Shown piece by piece: positions 9,441 to 18,087 of a stretch of DNA of 64,000 bases. The stretch spans positions 11,994 to 75,993 of the forward strand of contig SABN01000001.1 of NCBI GenBank assembly GCA_009928955.1, in the 5' to 3' direction. The notes under the pieces are model-generated. The model searched no databases. It was not told the origin of the DNA and was given only the letters and a program-made list of their open reading frames with translations. How positions within the stretch are numbered: position 1 is the first letter of the stretch; each line of letters starts with the position of its first letter. Position numbers and translations under genes: made by a program. This DNA is from Opitutia bacterium (GTDB taxonomy: Bacteria; Verrucomicrobiota; Kiritimatiellia; CAIQIC01; Lenti-01).

Positions 9441-11176
9441 GGCGCCCCCGCCAAAATCTGCCGATAGTAAACCAGCTCGTTCGCGTCCACGGGGCGGATG
9501 TCGAGGTAGCGCGCGACGGGCGCGGCGATCTGCGCGAACACCGGCGCGGCGGTGACGCCGCCTGTGCGGAGGGGCTGCGGATTGTCGAGCACCACGATGA
9601 TGCCGATTTCCGGCCGCTCGGCGGGCAGCAGGCCCATGAACGAGGAGACGTTCTCGTTCTTCACATAGCGGCCATCCACGATTTTCTCGGCGGTGCCGGT
9701 CTTGCCGGCCACGTTGTAGCCGGGCACGGCGCCGCGGGTGCCGGTGCCGCCTTCGCGCGTGACTTCCGTCAGCATGCGGCGCATCAGCGCGGCGGTGCGC
9801 TCGGTGATGGGCCGGGCCAGCGCCTCGGGCTTGTTCTCCTGCAACACCCCGCCGTTCTTGTCGACGACTTTCCGGACGAGGTGGGACTTCATCAAAAAGC
9901 CGTCGTTGCCGATGCAGCACATCACATTGAGCATCTGCAGGGCGGTGACGGCGACCGTGTGCCCCATCGCCACGCGGGTGATGTCCACCTTGGTCCATTT
10001 CGATCGCGGATGCAGCAGGCCGGATTCCTCTCCGGGCACCTCCAGGCCGGTGGGCTTGCCGAGGCCATAGGCGGTCAGGTAGCGGTGGAGGCGATCCTCG
10101 CCGAGCATCACCGCGATCTTGGCGGCGCCGATGTTGCTGGACTTGCGGAGGATGCCGGTCACGTCCAGCGTTCCATAGGGGTGGAAGTCCCGCAGGGGGC
10201 GGTTGGCGTAGAACCACATGCCGTTCTCGCAGTCGAAAAGATCGTTGGTCGAGATCAGGCCCTCGTTGAGCGCCGCGGCGACGACGCCGACCTTGAAGAC
10301 CGATCCAGGCTCGAAATTCACGCCCACGGCGCGGTTCAGGCGCGTGTCGGCCTCGGTCTTGTTGTAGTCGTTGAGGTCGTAGGCGGGACGCGAGGCCATG
10401 GCGAGGATGGCGCCGGTGCGCACCTCCTCCACGATGGCCCAGGCGGCCTCGGGGTGGAAATTGGTCATCGCGGCATCGAGGGCTTTTTCGACGAAATGCT
10501 GGATGTTCTGGTCGAGCGTCAGATAGATGTCGGCGCCCTCCTGGGGGGCGACCTCCAGCGAGCGGCGCGTATAGATCTCCCGCCGGTTGCCATCGCGTTC
10601 GCTCTGGCGAAAGCCCGGGCGGCCCTTGAGCAAGGGGTCCCAGCGCTGTTCGATGCCGGCGCTGCCGACGCCCTCCTTGTTGGAGAATCCCAGGACGTGG
10701 CAGCCCATGTCCGAATGCGGATAATAGCGGGTGGTCAGCGGCTCGAAGAAGACGCCGGGCATCTTGAGGCGCTCCACTTCGTTGGCGACCTCCTCGCGGA
10801 CCAGGCGCGCGACCGGCTCGTAGCGGCGGCCGGGACGGTTCACCCGGTCATAGACCTGCGCCTGCGGAAGCCCGAGCACCCGCGCGAGTTGGACGCTCAC
10901 CGCCCGGGCTTGGCCGTTGCTCAGCACGACCACGGGGTCCACGCACACGTTCTGGACCGGCAGGTCCAGCGCCAGAAGGCGATCGTTGCGGTCCAGGATG
11001 CGCCCGCGCCCCACCAGGATGTCCTCTTTCACGGTGCGCATGCGCCGCACGCGCTCCGCCAAGGCTTCATTCGATCCCAGATGCAGAACCCCCAAGCGGG
11101 CCGCCAGAGCGCCCCACACCGCCAGCAGGGCGATGGCGATGAGCGCCACCCGCCACATGTAGCCCCTTTCAATCAC
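9437..11176 (-). CDS. ftsI: peptidoglycan D,D-transpeptidase (PBP3/FtsI-type class B PBP)
   Basis: It has an N-terminal TM anchor and the transpeptidase motifs SVFK, SSN and KTGT. It sits at the expected dcw position. Confidence 0.9.
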   Translation of the reverse strand: MIERGYMWRVALIAIALLAVWGALAARLGVLHLGSNEALAERVRRMRTVKEDILVGRGRILDRNDRLLALDLPVQNVCVDPVVVLSNGQARAVSVQLARVLGLPQAQVYDRVNRPGRRYEPVARLVREEVANEVERLKMPGVFFEPLTTRYYPHSDMGCHVLGFSNKEGVGSAGIEQRWDPLLKGRPGFRQSERDGNRREIYTRRSLEVAPQEGADIYLTLDQNIQHFVEKALDAAMTNFHPEAAWAIVEEVRTGAILAMASRPAYDLNDYNKTEADTRLNRAVGVNFEPGSVFKVGVVAAALNEGLISTNDLFDCENGMWFYANRPLRDFHPYGTLDVTGILRKSSNIGAAKIAVMLGEDRLHRYLTAYGLGKPTGLEVPGEESGLLHPRSKWTKVDITRVAMGHTVAVTALQMLNVMCCIGNDGFLMKSHLVRKVVDKNGGVLQENKPEALARPITERTAALMRRMLTEVTREGGTGTRGAVPGYNVAGKTGTAEKIVDGRYVKNENVSSFMGLLPAERPEIGIIVVLDNPQPLRTGGVTAAPVFAQIAAPVARYLDIRPVDANELVYYRQILAGAP

Positions 11177-11531
11177 GCCGCGTCAAACCGCCTTGGTACG
11201 CATAGCGGGCCGGCTCGTCCGGTTCCTCCGCGCGCAGCCGGATGATGTTCTGCTCGGCCGGCCACGACATTGCGATGCCGTGGCTCTCCATCAGCCGCTC
11301 CATGTTGCGGATCGAGCGCGCGGTGGCCCAGTTGCGCTCCTCGTTCACCACGCGCTTGTGCAGTTCGGCCTGTTCGTGCTCCATCTTCTTGATCTGCCGG
11401 CCAATGCTCTCGCAGGTGTTGTAGAGGCTCAGATAGACCATCGCCAGGGCCGCGACCAGCGCGCTGAGCGAAACGCCCCAGCACATCATCCGGTTGCCTT
11501 CGTGCCCGTTCTTGCGGTTTCTTCTCGCCAT
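11169..11531 (-). CDS. ftsL: cell division protein FtsL-like
   Basis: It is a 120-aa bitopic protein with a TM segment (VSLSALVAALAMVYLSL) followed by a coiled coil. It lies between rsmH and ftsI. Confidence 0.6.
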   Translation of the reverse strand: MARRNRKNGHEGNRMMCWGVSLSALVAALAMVYLSLYNTCESIGRQIKKMEHEQAELHKRVVNEERNWATARSIRNMERLMESHGIAMSWPAEQNIIRLRAEEPDEPARYAYQGGLTRRD

Positions 11532-11532
11532 C

Positions 11533-12462
11533 TCACGCCATCCTTTCCAGCACCCGCAGCTTCGCGGTGCGCGCCCGCGGGTTTCTCACAATCTCTGCTT
11601 CCGTGGCGGACACCGCCTTGCGCGTCACCCGGCGCGCCCGCGGCAGTTGGCCGATCCAGCGCGATCCGCCTTTCGCCAGCGCTTCCATCCGGCCCTCGTG
11701 GGCCGCCATGAACTGTTTCACCATCCGGTCTTCCAAGCTGTGGAAGCTGATCACCGCCAGCCGGCCGCCGGGCGCCAGCAAACCCAGCGCCAGCGGCAGG
11801 ACCGCCGCGAGCGCGGCCAATTCGCCGTTCACCGCGATCCGCAGCGCCTGGAAGGTCTGCGTCGCCGGGTGGGTGCGGCCGCGCCGGCCGCCCTTCGCCC
11901 GCGACACCAGTTCCGCCAGCTGCGCCGTGGTCTCGATCAGCTCGCCTCGCGCCAAGGCCTCCGCCACCGTCTTGGCGATGCGCCGCGACATCGGCTCCTC
12001 GCCGTAGCGCCGCAACAGATCCGCCAATTCCGCCTGCGACAGGCGTTTCAGCAGCCCGGCCGCCGTCAGCGCCTGCCGGTCATCCATCCGCATGTCCAGC
12101 GGGCTGTCCCGCAGAAAACTGAATCCGCGCTCCGGGCGGTCGAGCTGCATGGATGACACGCCCAGGTCCAGCAAGACGCCGCGGATGTCGCGGAGGCCGT
12201 GGCGGCCGGCCACCTCCGCCATCTCCAGGAAATTCGCCCGCTCCAGGATCGCGCGGTCGCCAAAGGGCGCCAGCGCGTCCTTCGCCAGCGCCAACGCCTC
12301 CCCGTCGCGATCCAGCGCCAGCAGTCGCGCATCCAGGCCGGCGGCCGCCAGCAGCGCCGAGGCATGTCCCCCCGCCCCCGCGGTTCCGTCCACATACCAG
12401 CCACCGGGCTCCGTCACCAGCCGGGCGACGGTTTCCTCGAGCAGCACCGGCACATGGACCAT
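11533..12462 (-). CDS. rsmH: 16S rRNA (cytosine1402-N4)-methyltransferase
   Basis: It reads HVPVLLEE, DGTAGAGGH, DLGVSS and ISFHSLEDR, which are MraW/RsmH signatures. Confidence 0.92.
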   Translation of the reverse strand: MVHVPVLLEETVARLVTEPGGWYVDGTAGAGGHASALLAAAGLDARLLALDRDGEALALAKDALAPFGDRAILERANFLEMAEVAGRHGLRDIRGVLLDLGVSSMQLDRPERGFSFLRDSPLDMRMDDRQALTAAGLLKRLSQAELADLLRRYGEEPMSRRIAKTVAEALARGELIETTAQLAELVSRAKGGRRGRTHPATQTFQALRIAVNGELAALAAVLPLALGLLAPGGRLAVISFHSLEDRMVKQFMAAHEGRMEALAKGGSRWIGQLPRARRVTRKAVSATEAEIVRNPRARTAKLRVLERMA

Positions 12463-12479
12463 GGGTCACCTCATTCGGA

Positions 12480-13127
12480 TCATACGAACCAGACGCGTCC
12501 GCGTTGCGTGCGCATGGACGGCGAGCCGATCCGCAGGCCGCCCTCGTCTTCGGTCACGGCATCGGCCCCTTCGAACAACTGGAAGCGCGGCAGGAGGACG
12601 CGTTGGGGAACGGAGAACCAACGCGCTTCCTCCTTGCCGCTAGAAATGGATTGGCTCCGCACGAGCTGGCGCGCCACCGCGCCCCGGGCCGCGGGCGCCG
12701 TCCTGGAAACCGAGGCCACGCGGGTCGCCGCGATCACGCGGGTCGCCGCGATCACGCGGGTGGTCGCGATCACGCGCGCGGTGGTCCGGGATTTGGAATG
12801 GACCGACACGATCGTCTGCGGAACCGGCGCCGCCGCCTCCGGCAGCGAAAACACATCCGAGACCGGAAGCGCGGCGCGCGCGACCGGACCGCACGCCGCA
12901 TGCCCGGACTCATCGAACAACTCCGCCTGGCGCCCCAGGACCATCGGCGTCGACCGGGAGTCCGGCGGCGCGGGATCTTCGCGGTCCCACCAGTTTCCTT
13001 CCTCCCGTTCCGGCTGCGCCGCGGGCCCGATGCCCAGGAAAAACGCGCCGAGGAAGCTTAGAACCCGATGTATTGGGCCGCTTCCGCGAACTTCGATTGA
13101 TCCAGTTGCGAACTCTGCTCGTTCCAT
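12480..13127 (-). CDS. hypothetical protein inserted between mraZ and rsmH (contains ATRVIA tandem repeat)
   Basis: Third-position GC is high in this frame: about 33 of the last 39 codons end in G/C by my count. There is a hydrophobic segment, VLSFLGAFFLGIG. The only ATG starts overlap the mraZ 3' end, so the start and the reality of the gene are uncertain. Confidence 0.35.
   Translation of the reverse strand: MERAEFATGSIEVRGSGPIHRVLSFLGAFFLGIGPAAQPEREEGNWWDREDPAPPDSRSTPMVLGRQAELFDESGHAACGPVARAALPVSDVFSLPEAAAPVPQTIVSVHSKSRTTARVIATTRVIAATRVIAATRVASVSRTAPAARGAVARQLVRSQSISSGKEEARWFSVPQRVLLPRFQLFEGADAVTEDEGGLRIGSPSMRTQRGRVWFV
12717..12787. repeat. 18-nt tandem repeat, ~3.5 copies (cacgcgggtcgccgcgat)
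   Basis: Direct reading gives units at 12717, 12735 and 12753, plus a degenerate fourth. The period is 6 codons and in frame. Confidence 0.8.
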
Positions 13128-13513
13128 GACTCGGGGCTCCATAGTTCAAACCGGCTTCCGACGCCGACCAACACCATCTGATTGATGATTCCCGCTTGAT
13201 CCAACAACGCATCCTTCACGCGGATCCGCCCCTGCGCATCCAGCGCCACGCGGTCCGCGCGGGAAAAGAAATCGCGCAGGAATTTTTGCGCCTGCACATT
13301 CGCGACGGACGCCGCGCGCACCTTCTCCAGGCGCTGCGCCATCTCGCGGGCCGTCACCACATAGAGGCAGCGCACATTCACGCCCGGAAGCACGAACAGC
13401 GTCGGATTCCCCGCCGCCTCGCGCCAATCCGACGGAATCGTCACCCGCTTCTTGCCATCCAGCGAATGCGTGTAGCAACCGACGAACGCCCCGGCGTTCA
13501 GCAGCTCCTCCAT
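13058..13513 (-). CDS. mraZ: transcriptional regulator MraZ
   Basis: It has two SpoVT/AbrB-like halves (HSLDGKKRVTIP and ALDAQGRIRV). ATG 13513 or 13537 is preferred as the start. The TTG-initiated track ORF would otherwise cover the MraZ boxes. Confidence 0.88.
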   Translation of the reverse strand: MEELLNAGAFVGCYTHSLDGKKRVTIPSDWREAAGNPTLFVLPGVNVRCLYVVTAREMAQRLEKVRAASVANVQAQKFLRDFFSRADRVALDAQGRIRVKDALLDQAGIINQMVLVGVGSRFELWSPESWNEQSSQLDQSKFAEAAQYIGF

Positions 13514-13553
13514 CTCCGTTGTGACCCGTCGCTCCATTTGGCTTACCTTCTGA

Positions 13554-13578
13554 TGCACTTTATCCCACTTTGACCCAC
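13554..13578 (-). promoter_or_regulatory. putative MraZ operator: three boxes GTGGG-N5-GTGGG-N5-GTGCA at 10-nt phasing
   Basis: The plus strand shows tgcac (13554-58), cccac (13564-68) and cccac (13574-78). This matches the known E. coli MraZ-box architecture just upstream of mraZ. Confidence 0.5.
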
Positions 13579-13879
13579 CAACCGTCAACAGAAAAAAGGA
13601 TCGGTTTTAAATATTTTTTATTCTTTTTCAGCGCAACGGGTTGCGACACATTCACCCACCGTTTGCCGGCTCGCCGTGCACAACTTGTCCACAGGCGATT
13701 TTCGCGGCCGCCGCGCCGTTTGTTTTTCCGCGTGAAATCGGCCTGTTTTCCGTGAAATGTCCGCTGCGCGTCCCGCGCGGACCGAGCCCTCGCGTCCGCT
13801 TTCCCGCCGGGAGGGACCGCGAAATTTTTCGTTTGCCCCTCCCTTATCCGGGGCGGCTTGTGATAGGCTTCTCTCCGAT

Positions 13880-14221
13880 ATGCATGAACTCAGCCTCATG
13901 GCGAATCTGCTGGACGCCGCCGCCGCCACCGCCGGCGAGTCGCCGGTTTGCGCGCTGCGCGTGCGCGTGGGACCGCTTTCGGGCGTCGTGGTCGACGCGC
14001 TGCGCTTCGCATTCGAGGCGCTCTCGCCCGGCACGCCGGCCGAAGGCGCGCGGCTCGACATCGAGGAAACGTCGCCCCTCTTCCACTGCCCCCGCTGCGG
14101 CGCGGATTATGCCACCCCCGTCGGATCCTACGACTGCCCTTCCTGCGGTTCCGCCGGCGGCGAACTGCGCGGGGGCAACGAACTGGAACTTGTCTCCATC
14201 GAGGTGCCGGACCATGTGTGA
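13880..14221 (+). CDS. hypA: hydrogenase/urease nickel incorporation protein HypA
   Basis: It begins MHELSL and carries the CPRC...CPSC zinc motif. The in-frame ATG is at 13880. Confidence 0.9.
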   Translation: MHELSLMANLLDAAAATAGESPVCALRVRVGPLSGVVVDALRFAFEALSPGTPAEGARLDIEETSPLFHCPRCGADYATPVGSYDCPSCGSAGGELRGGNELELVSIEVPDHV

Positions 14222-14951
14222 TACCTGCGGCTGCGGCCATCCCCGCGATCCTTCCCACGACCACGACCATGGCCACACGCATGGGCATCCGCACGCCTCC
14301 GCGCACGGCCATCCCCCGCCCGTCCGCACCATCGAGGTGCAAATGCCCGCGCTGGCCCTCAACCAGCGCCACGCCGACCAGAACCGCGGCTGGTTCCGCG
14401 CCAAGGGGCTCCGCGTCTTCAACCTGCTCTCCTCCCCCGGTTCCGGGAAGACCGCGCTCCTCGAGCGCACGTTGCGCGACCTCCCGCAAGCCGCCGCCAT
14501 CGTGGGCGACCTGCAGACCGACAACGACGCGGTGCGGCTGCGCGCCTCAGGCGCGCAGGCCATCCAGATCACCACCGGCGCGACCTGCCACCTCGACGCG
14601 CACATGGTCGCCCACGCCCTCGAGAAGCTCGCCTCCGACGGCTTGCGGTTCCTGTTCATCGAAAACGTCGGCAATCTCGTCTGTCCCGCCTCCTACGACC
14701 TCGGCGAAGACCAGCGCGTCGTCCTGCTCTCCGTCACCGAAGGCGAAGACAAGCCCCTGAAGTATCCCGTGATCTTCCGCAACGCCGATCTCGTGCTCGT
14801 CACCAAGTGCGATCTGGCCGAGGCCGTCGGATTCGACCGGGAAAAAGCCCTCGCGAACATCCGGCAGACGGCCCCCCAGGCGAAGATCCTCGAAGTTTCG
14901 GCCAAGACCGGCGCCGGGCTCGACGCCTGGCATGCCTGGCTGGCGGGCTGA
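14214..14951 (+). CDS. hypB: nickel-binding GTPase HypB
   Basis: The N-terminus is CxxCGC followed by a His-rich tract ([13 protein letters not shown]). The P-loop is SSPGSGKT. It overlaps the hypA stop by 8 nt. Confidence 0.92.
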   Translation: MCDTCGCGHPRDPSHDHDHGHTHGHPHASAHGHPPPVRTIEVQMPALALNQRHADQNRGWFRAKGLRVFNLLSSPGSGKTALLERTLRDLPQAAAIVGDLQTDNDAVRLRASGAQAIQITTGATCHLDAHMVAHALEKLASDGLRFLFIENVGNLVCPASYDLGEDQRVVLLSVTEGEDKPLKYPVIFRNADLVLVTKCDLAEAVGFDREKALANIRQTAPQAKILEVSAKTGAGLDAWHAWLAG

Positions 14952-14952
14952 C

Positions 14953-15693
14953 TCAGGCTTTCGGCACCATCCGGACGATCACCGGCGATCCCCACAGGCG
15001 CGTGAGCCCCAGCGCGCGGCAGACCGCCTCCAGCGCGGCGGACAGCCGACGGCTGTTCAGCATCCGGTGCAGCACCATCGGCAGGAAAAATTGTTTCTGG
15101 GTTTCCGCCGGAACGAATCCGTGCTTCGCGAATTCATCGATCACCTGCCGGTGCCGGAACAGCGCCCAGGCGCGCGTGTTCTTCTCGAATTTCTTCTTCG
15201 CGCCGAACAGGGCCGGCGCGATGGCGTTCAGGCTCTGCCCCGTGGGATAATCCACGATGACCCCTTGGCGCGCCACGCGGCACAGTTCGCGCACCAGCTC
15301 CGGCCAGCGCTCGCAATGCGTCAGCAAACGGAAGCACAGCGCCACGTCGAAGACGTTGTCCGGCAGCGGCAGTTCGACCACGTTGCCGACCAGGAACCGG
15401 CACTGGCCCGAATCCACGGCCGGCTGGATCCGGTGGCGGCACGAGTCGTCGCTGCCCAGCACCGTCACGCGCCACCCCGCGCGACAAAGCGGCAACGTCA
15501 GCTGGCCGTGGCCGCCGCCGACATCCAGCACGGACGCATCCTCGAACCGGTGGATCATCCGCAGGGCGATCTTCTCCTGCACCGCCAGCATCCATTCGCC
15601 GGCGGGGCCGGAAAACCGCGCGGCGTATTCGTCCGACGACGTGTGGATGTCGGCGGTCTCGGGAAACGGACACTGGGGGTCGGTTGCGCTCAT
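14953..15693 (-). CDS. class I SAM-dependent methyltransferase
   Basis: VLDVGGGHG is the motif I sequence. It is a 246-aa ORF with an ATGA overlap with the upstream MFS gene. Confidence 0.85.
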   Translation of the reverse strand: MSATDPQCPFPETADIHTSSDEYAARFSGPAGEWMLAVQEKIALRMIHRFEDASVLDVGGGHGQLTLPLCRAGWRVTVLGSDDSCRHRIQPAVDSGQCRFLVGNVVELPLPDNVFDVALCFRLLTHCERWPELVRELCRVARQGVIVDYPTGQSLNAIAPALFGAKKKFEKNTRAWALFRHRQVIDEFAKHGFVPAETQKQFFLPMVLHRMLNSRRLSAALEAVCRALGLTRLWGSPVIVRMVPKA

Positions 15694-16907
15694 GCCGTCC
15701 TTCTCTCATTTTTCCGCCGGACGCGCAATCCCAAGGCGAACAACAGCGAAAGCCCCAGATAGCCCGCGGAGGCCACGCCGAAAACGGCCCGCAGATTCAC
15801 CGCCGCCACGGCCCCCGCCAGCAGCGGGCCGATCGCCCATCCGATGGAACGCGTCGTGCTCGCCAACCCGAAGGCGACGCCTTGGCGCGCCTCCGGCACG
15901 CGCTTGGCCAGCCAGACATTCAACGCCGGCTCCAGCGTCCCCGCGAAGAACACCATGAAAAACCGGACCGGGAACAACACCGCGAAAGAATGGATGACCA
16001 TGAGCCAGCCGCTCAAGATCGCCGCGAAGACGGCCGCCCCGACCACCAGCCGCAGCGGGTTGAAATGATCGGACAGCCATCCCGTCGCCAGCCCCGCCAG
16101 CAGCCCCGCCACGCCGCTGCACGCATACAATCCGCCGCTCCACAGCGACACCCCCTCCAAGGATCCGTAGATGTCCTGCACCAGCAGCGGCAGGAACGCC
16201 ATGTCGAACTGCCGGACCAGCGCGATGGCGCCGATCATCGCCAACACGCCGTAGAACGTGGTGGACAGATCGCGCCAATGCACCCGGGCGCTCGTCAAGG
16301 CCTCCCCGGAAACCGGAGGGCGCCCGGCGGGGGCCACCGTTTCACGCGTGCACAGCAGCACCAGCAACCCCGCCGCCAGCAGCAACACCCCCGAAAGATA
16401 GAACGCCGCGCGATAGCCCAGCCCGTAGGCGACGAACCCGCCCAGGAAAGCCCCGGACAGGCCTCCGGAATAGACCGCGGCGCTCAGCCCGCCCATCGCC
16501 AACCCGCGGCGCTCGCGCGGCATTTCCCCCGCGAGAAACGCCTGCGCCGCCGTCATGGTGCCGGTCAACGCCCCTTGCAGCATGCGCAGCACGATCAGCA
16601 TCAGGGGCGTCTGCACCGCCCCCATCAGCGACATCACCACCGCCCCCGCCAGATTCGCCCGGATCAGCATCACCCGCTTGCCGAACCGATCCGCCAACAA
16701 CCCCCAGAGCGGCGCCGCAATGCCCATCGTGACGGCCGTCGAGGACGAAAAGAGCGCCACCCACATCTGCAGCTCGCCGTGGCTCACCACCCCCAGCTCC
16801 TGCTGGAGGAAAAACGGAGCGAAGGGCAGCGCAAACGAGAACCCCATGATCGAGAGGAACTGCGAGGCCCACACCAGCGCCATCTGTTTTTTCCATGCTC
16901 CGGACAT
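15690..16907 (-). CDS. MFS transporter
   Basis: It shows a ~12-TM pattern and the LADRFGKR loop motif. The start is uncertain, with several ATGs between 16907 and 16970. Confidence 0.8.
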   Translation of the reverse strand: MSGAWKKQMALVWASQFLSIMGFSFALPFAPFFLQQELGVVSHGELQMWVALFSSSTAVTMGIAAPLWGLLADRFGKRVMLIRANLAGAVVMSLMGAVQTPLMLIVLRMLQGALTGTMTAAQAFLAGEMPRERRGLAMGGLSAAVYSGGLSGAFLGGFVAYGLGYRAAFYLSGVLLLAAGLLVLLCTRETVAPAGRPPVSGEALTSARVHWRDLSTTFYGVLAMIGAIALVRQFDMAFLPLLVQDIYGSLEGVSLWSGGLYACSGVAGLLAGLATGWLSDHFNPLRLVVGAAVFAAILSGWLMVIHSFAVLFPVRFFMVFFAGTLEPALNVWLAKRVPEARQGVAFGLASTTRSIGWAIGPLLAGAVAAVNLRAVFGVASAGYLGLSLLFALGLRVRRKNERRTA

Positions 16908-17010
16908 CTGGAGCGGCATTGTGCCGCATTCCCCGCCGCTTGACATCGAAAATGTGCGGGCGCACTCCACGCTTGCGCTTTCCGCCCCTTCTTTCTATGC
17001 TTTGCCCACT

Positions 17011-18081
17011 ATGGCTCGTCTGGAAAAAAACAACGCGGAGGGTCCGGCCCGGCGGGATTCCCCTTCCGACAATGACATTCCGGCGCGCAGCCGCTATCGG
17101 CCGCCGCGACGCGCCGTCACCGCCCCCCAGCCCACCATCAAGGGCCATACCATCCGCCTGGCCGTCGCTTCCGCCATCGGAATCGCGGTGATGTTCGCCT
17201 TGCTGATGCTGGCCGTTCAATATGCCCAGCGCGACTGGACCCGGAAAAACCAGCGCGCCCGGACTTCGCAGGCGCCCGAGACCGATGCCGCGAAGGAAAT
17301 GGTGCCCCCCCCCCAAGGGCCGCAAGGATGGACCTACGAGTTGCGGCCCTCGGCCACTCCGCGACAGCTGCGCCGATTGGCGTCCGACCGTTTCATTTCC
17401 AACTGGTGGCGGATCCTCGCCCGCGGACTGGCCGACCGACCCCATCCCGAGATCCGGATGTCCTGCCTGCGCATGGCCATGGCCGTCGACGGGGAGGACG
17501 CCGAGATCCTGAATGATCTGGGCGTGCTCCATCTCCAGCAGAAGCGGATGAAGGACGCCGCCGCCCAGTTCCAGTCCGTCGACCAGATCCGGCCCGGCTT
17601 CGCCCCCGCCCGCTTCAACCTCGCCCTGTGCGCCATTGCCGACCGCAACCCCGCCCTCGCCATCCAGCTGTTGGGACAATACCTCGGCCAGCGCCCCACC
17701 GACACCACCGCCCTGCGCCTGCAGGCGACGCTCTTTTCCCAGACCGGCCGTCCCCTCGACGCCCTCCGCATGCTGGAAAAATTCCTCAAGACCCAGCCTC
17801 CCGACCAGCCGCTGTTCCTGGAAGCCGCCGTCCTGGCCGTTCGACTTGGCCAGAACGGCAACGCCATCCGCTATCTCGAAACCGCCATGAACGGGAATCC
17901 CATCCAGACCGTGGTCCGAACCTACCAGTCCCCTGCGTTCCGCGAAATCCGCCTGTCCGGCGAAGGGGACGCCCTGGCCGCGCGCCTGGCCAGCAAGGCG
18001 CGGGCCGCCTTCAGCGCGCCGGTCCCGACGGAAGATGTCCAACCCCTGCGCGCCACCACGCCGGAAGCCAAGATCCGCTGA
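17011..18081 (+). CDS. TPR-repeat membrane-anchored protein
   Basis: ATG 17011 is in frame. A single TM segment (LAVASAIGIAVMFALLMLAV) is followed by TPR-like repeats. The upstream part of the track ORF is antisense to the MFS gene. Confidence 0.7.
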   Translation: MARLEKNNAEGPARRDSPSDNDIPARSRYRPPRRAVTAPQPTIKGHTIRLAVASAIGIAVMFALLMLAVQYAQRDWTRKNQRARTSQAPETDAAKEMVPPPQGPQGWTYELRPSATPRQLRRLASDRFISNWWRILARGLADRPHPEIRMSCLRMAMAVDGEDAEILNDLGVLHLQQKRMKDAAAQFQSVDQIRPGFAPARFNLALCAIADRNPALAIQLLGQYLGQRPTDTTALRLQATLFSQTGRPLDALRMLEKFLKTQPPDQPLFLEAAVLAVRLGQNGNAIRYLETAMNGNPIQTVVRTYQSPAFREIRLSGEGDALAARLASKARAAFSAPVPTEDVQPLRATTPEAKIR

Positions 18082-18087
18082 GGCCGC

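Noticed and set aside
12717-12787. Tandem repeats at 12717-12787 and 32211-32297, and the repeats at 48618-48672, considered as CRISPR arrays.
   Set aside because: The units are contiguous or nearly so, with no unique spacers of CRISPR size. There are only 2-4 copies, they lie in frame within ORFs, and no cas genes are present.
13880-14951. hypA-hypB as evidence for a hydrogenase locus.
   Set aside because: No hydrogenase or urease structural genes and no other hyp genes are in the window. The pair is ordinary Ni-chaperone housekeeping and is simply divergent from mraZ.
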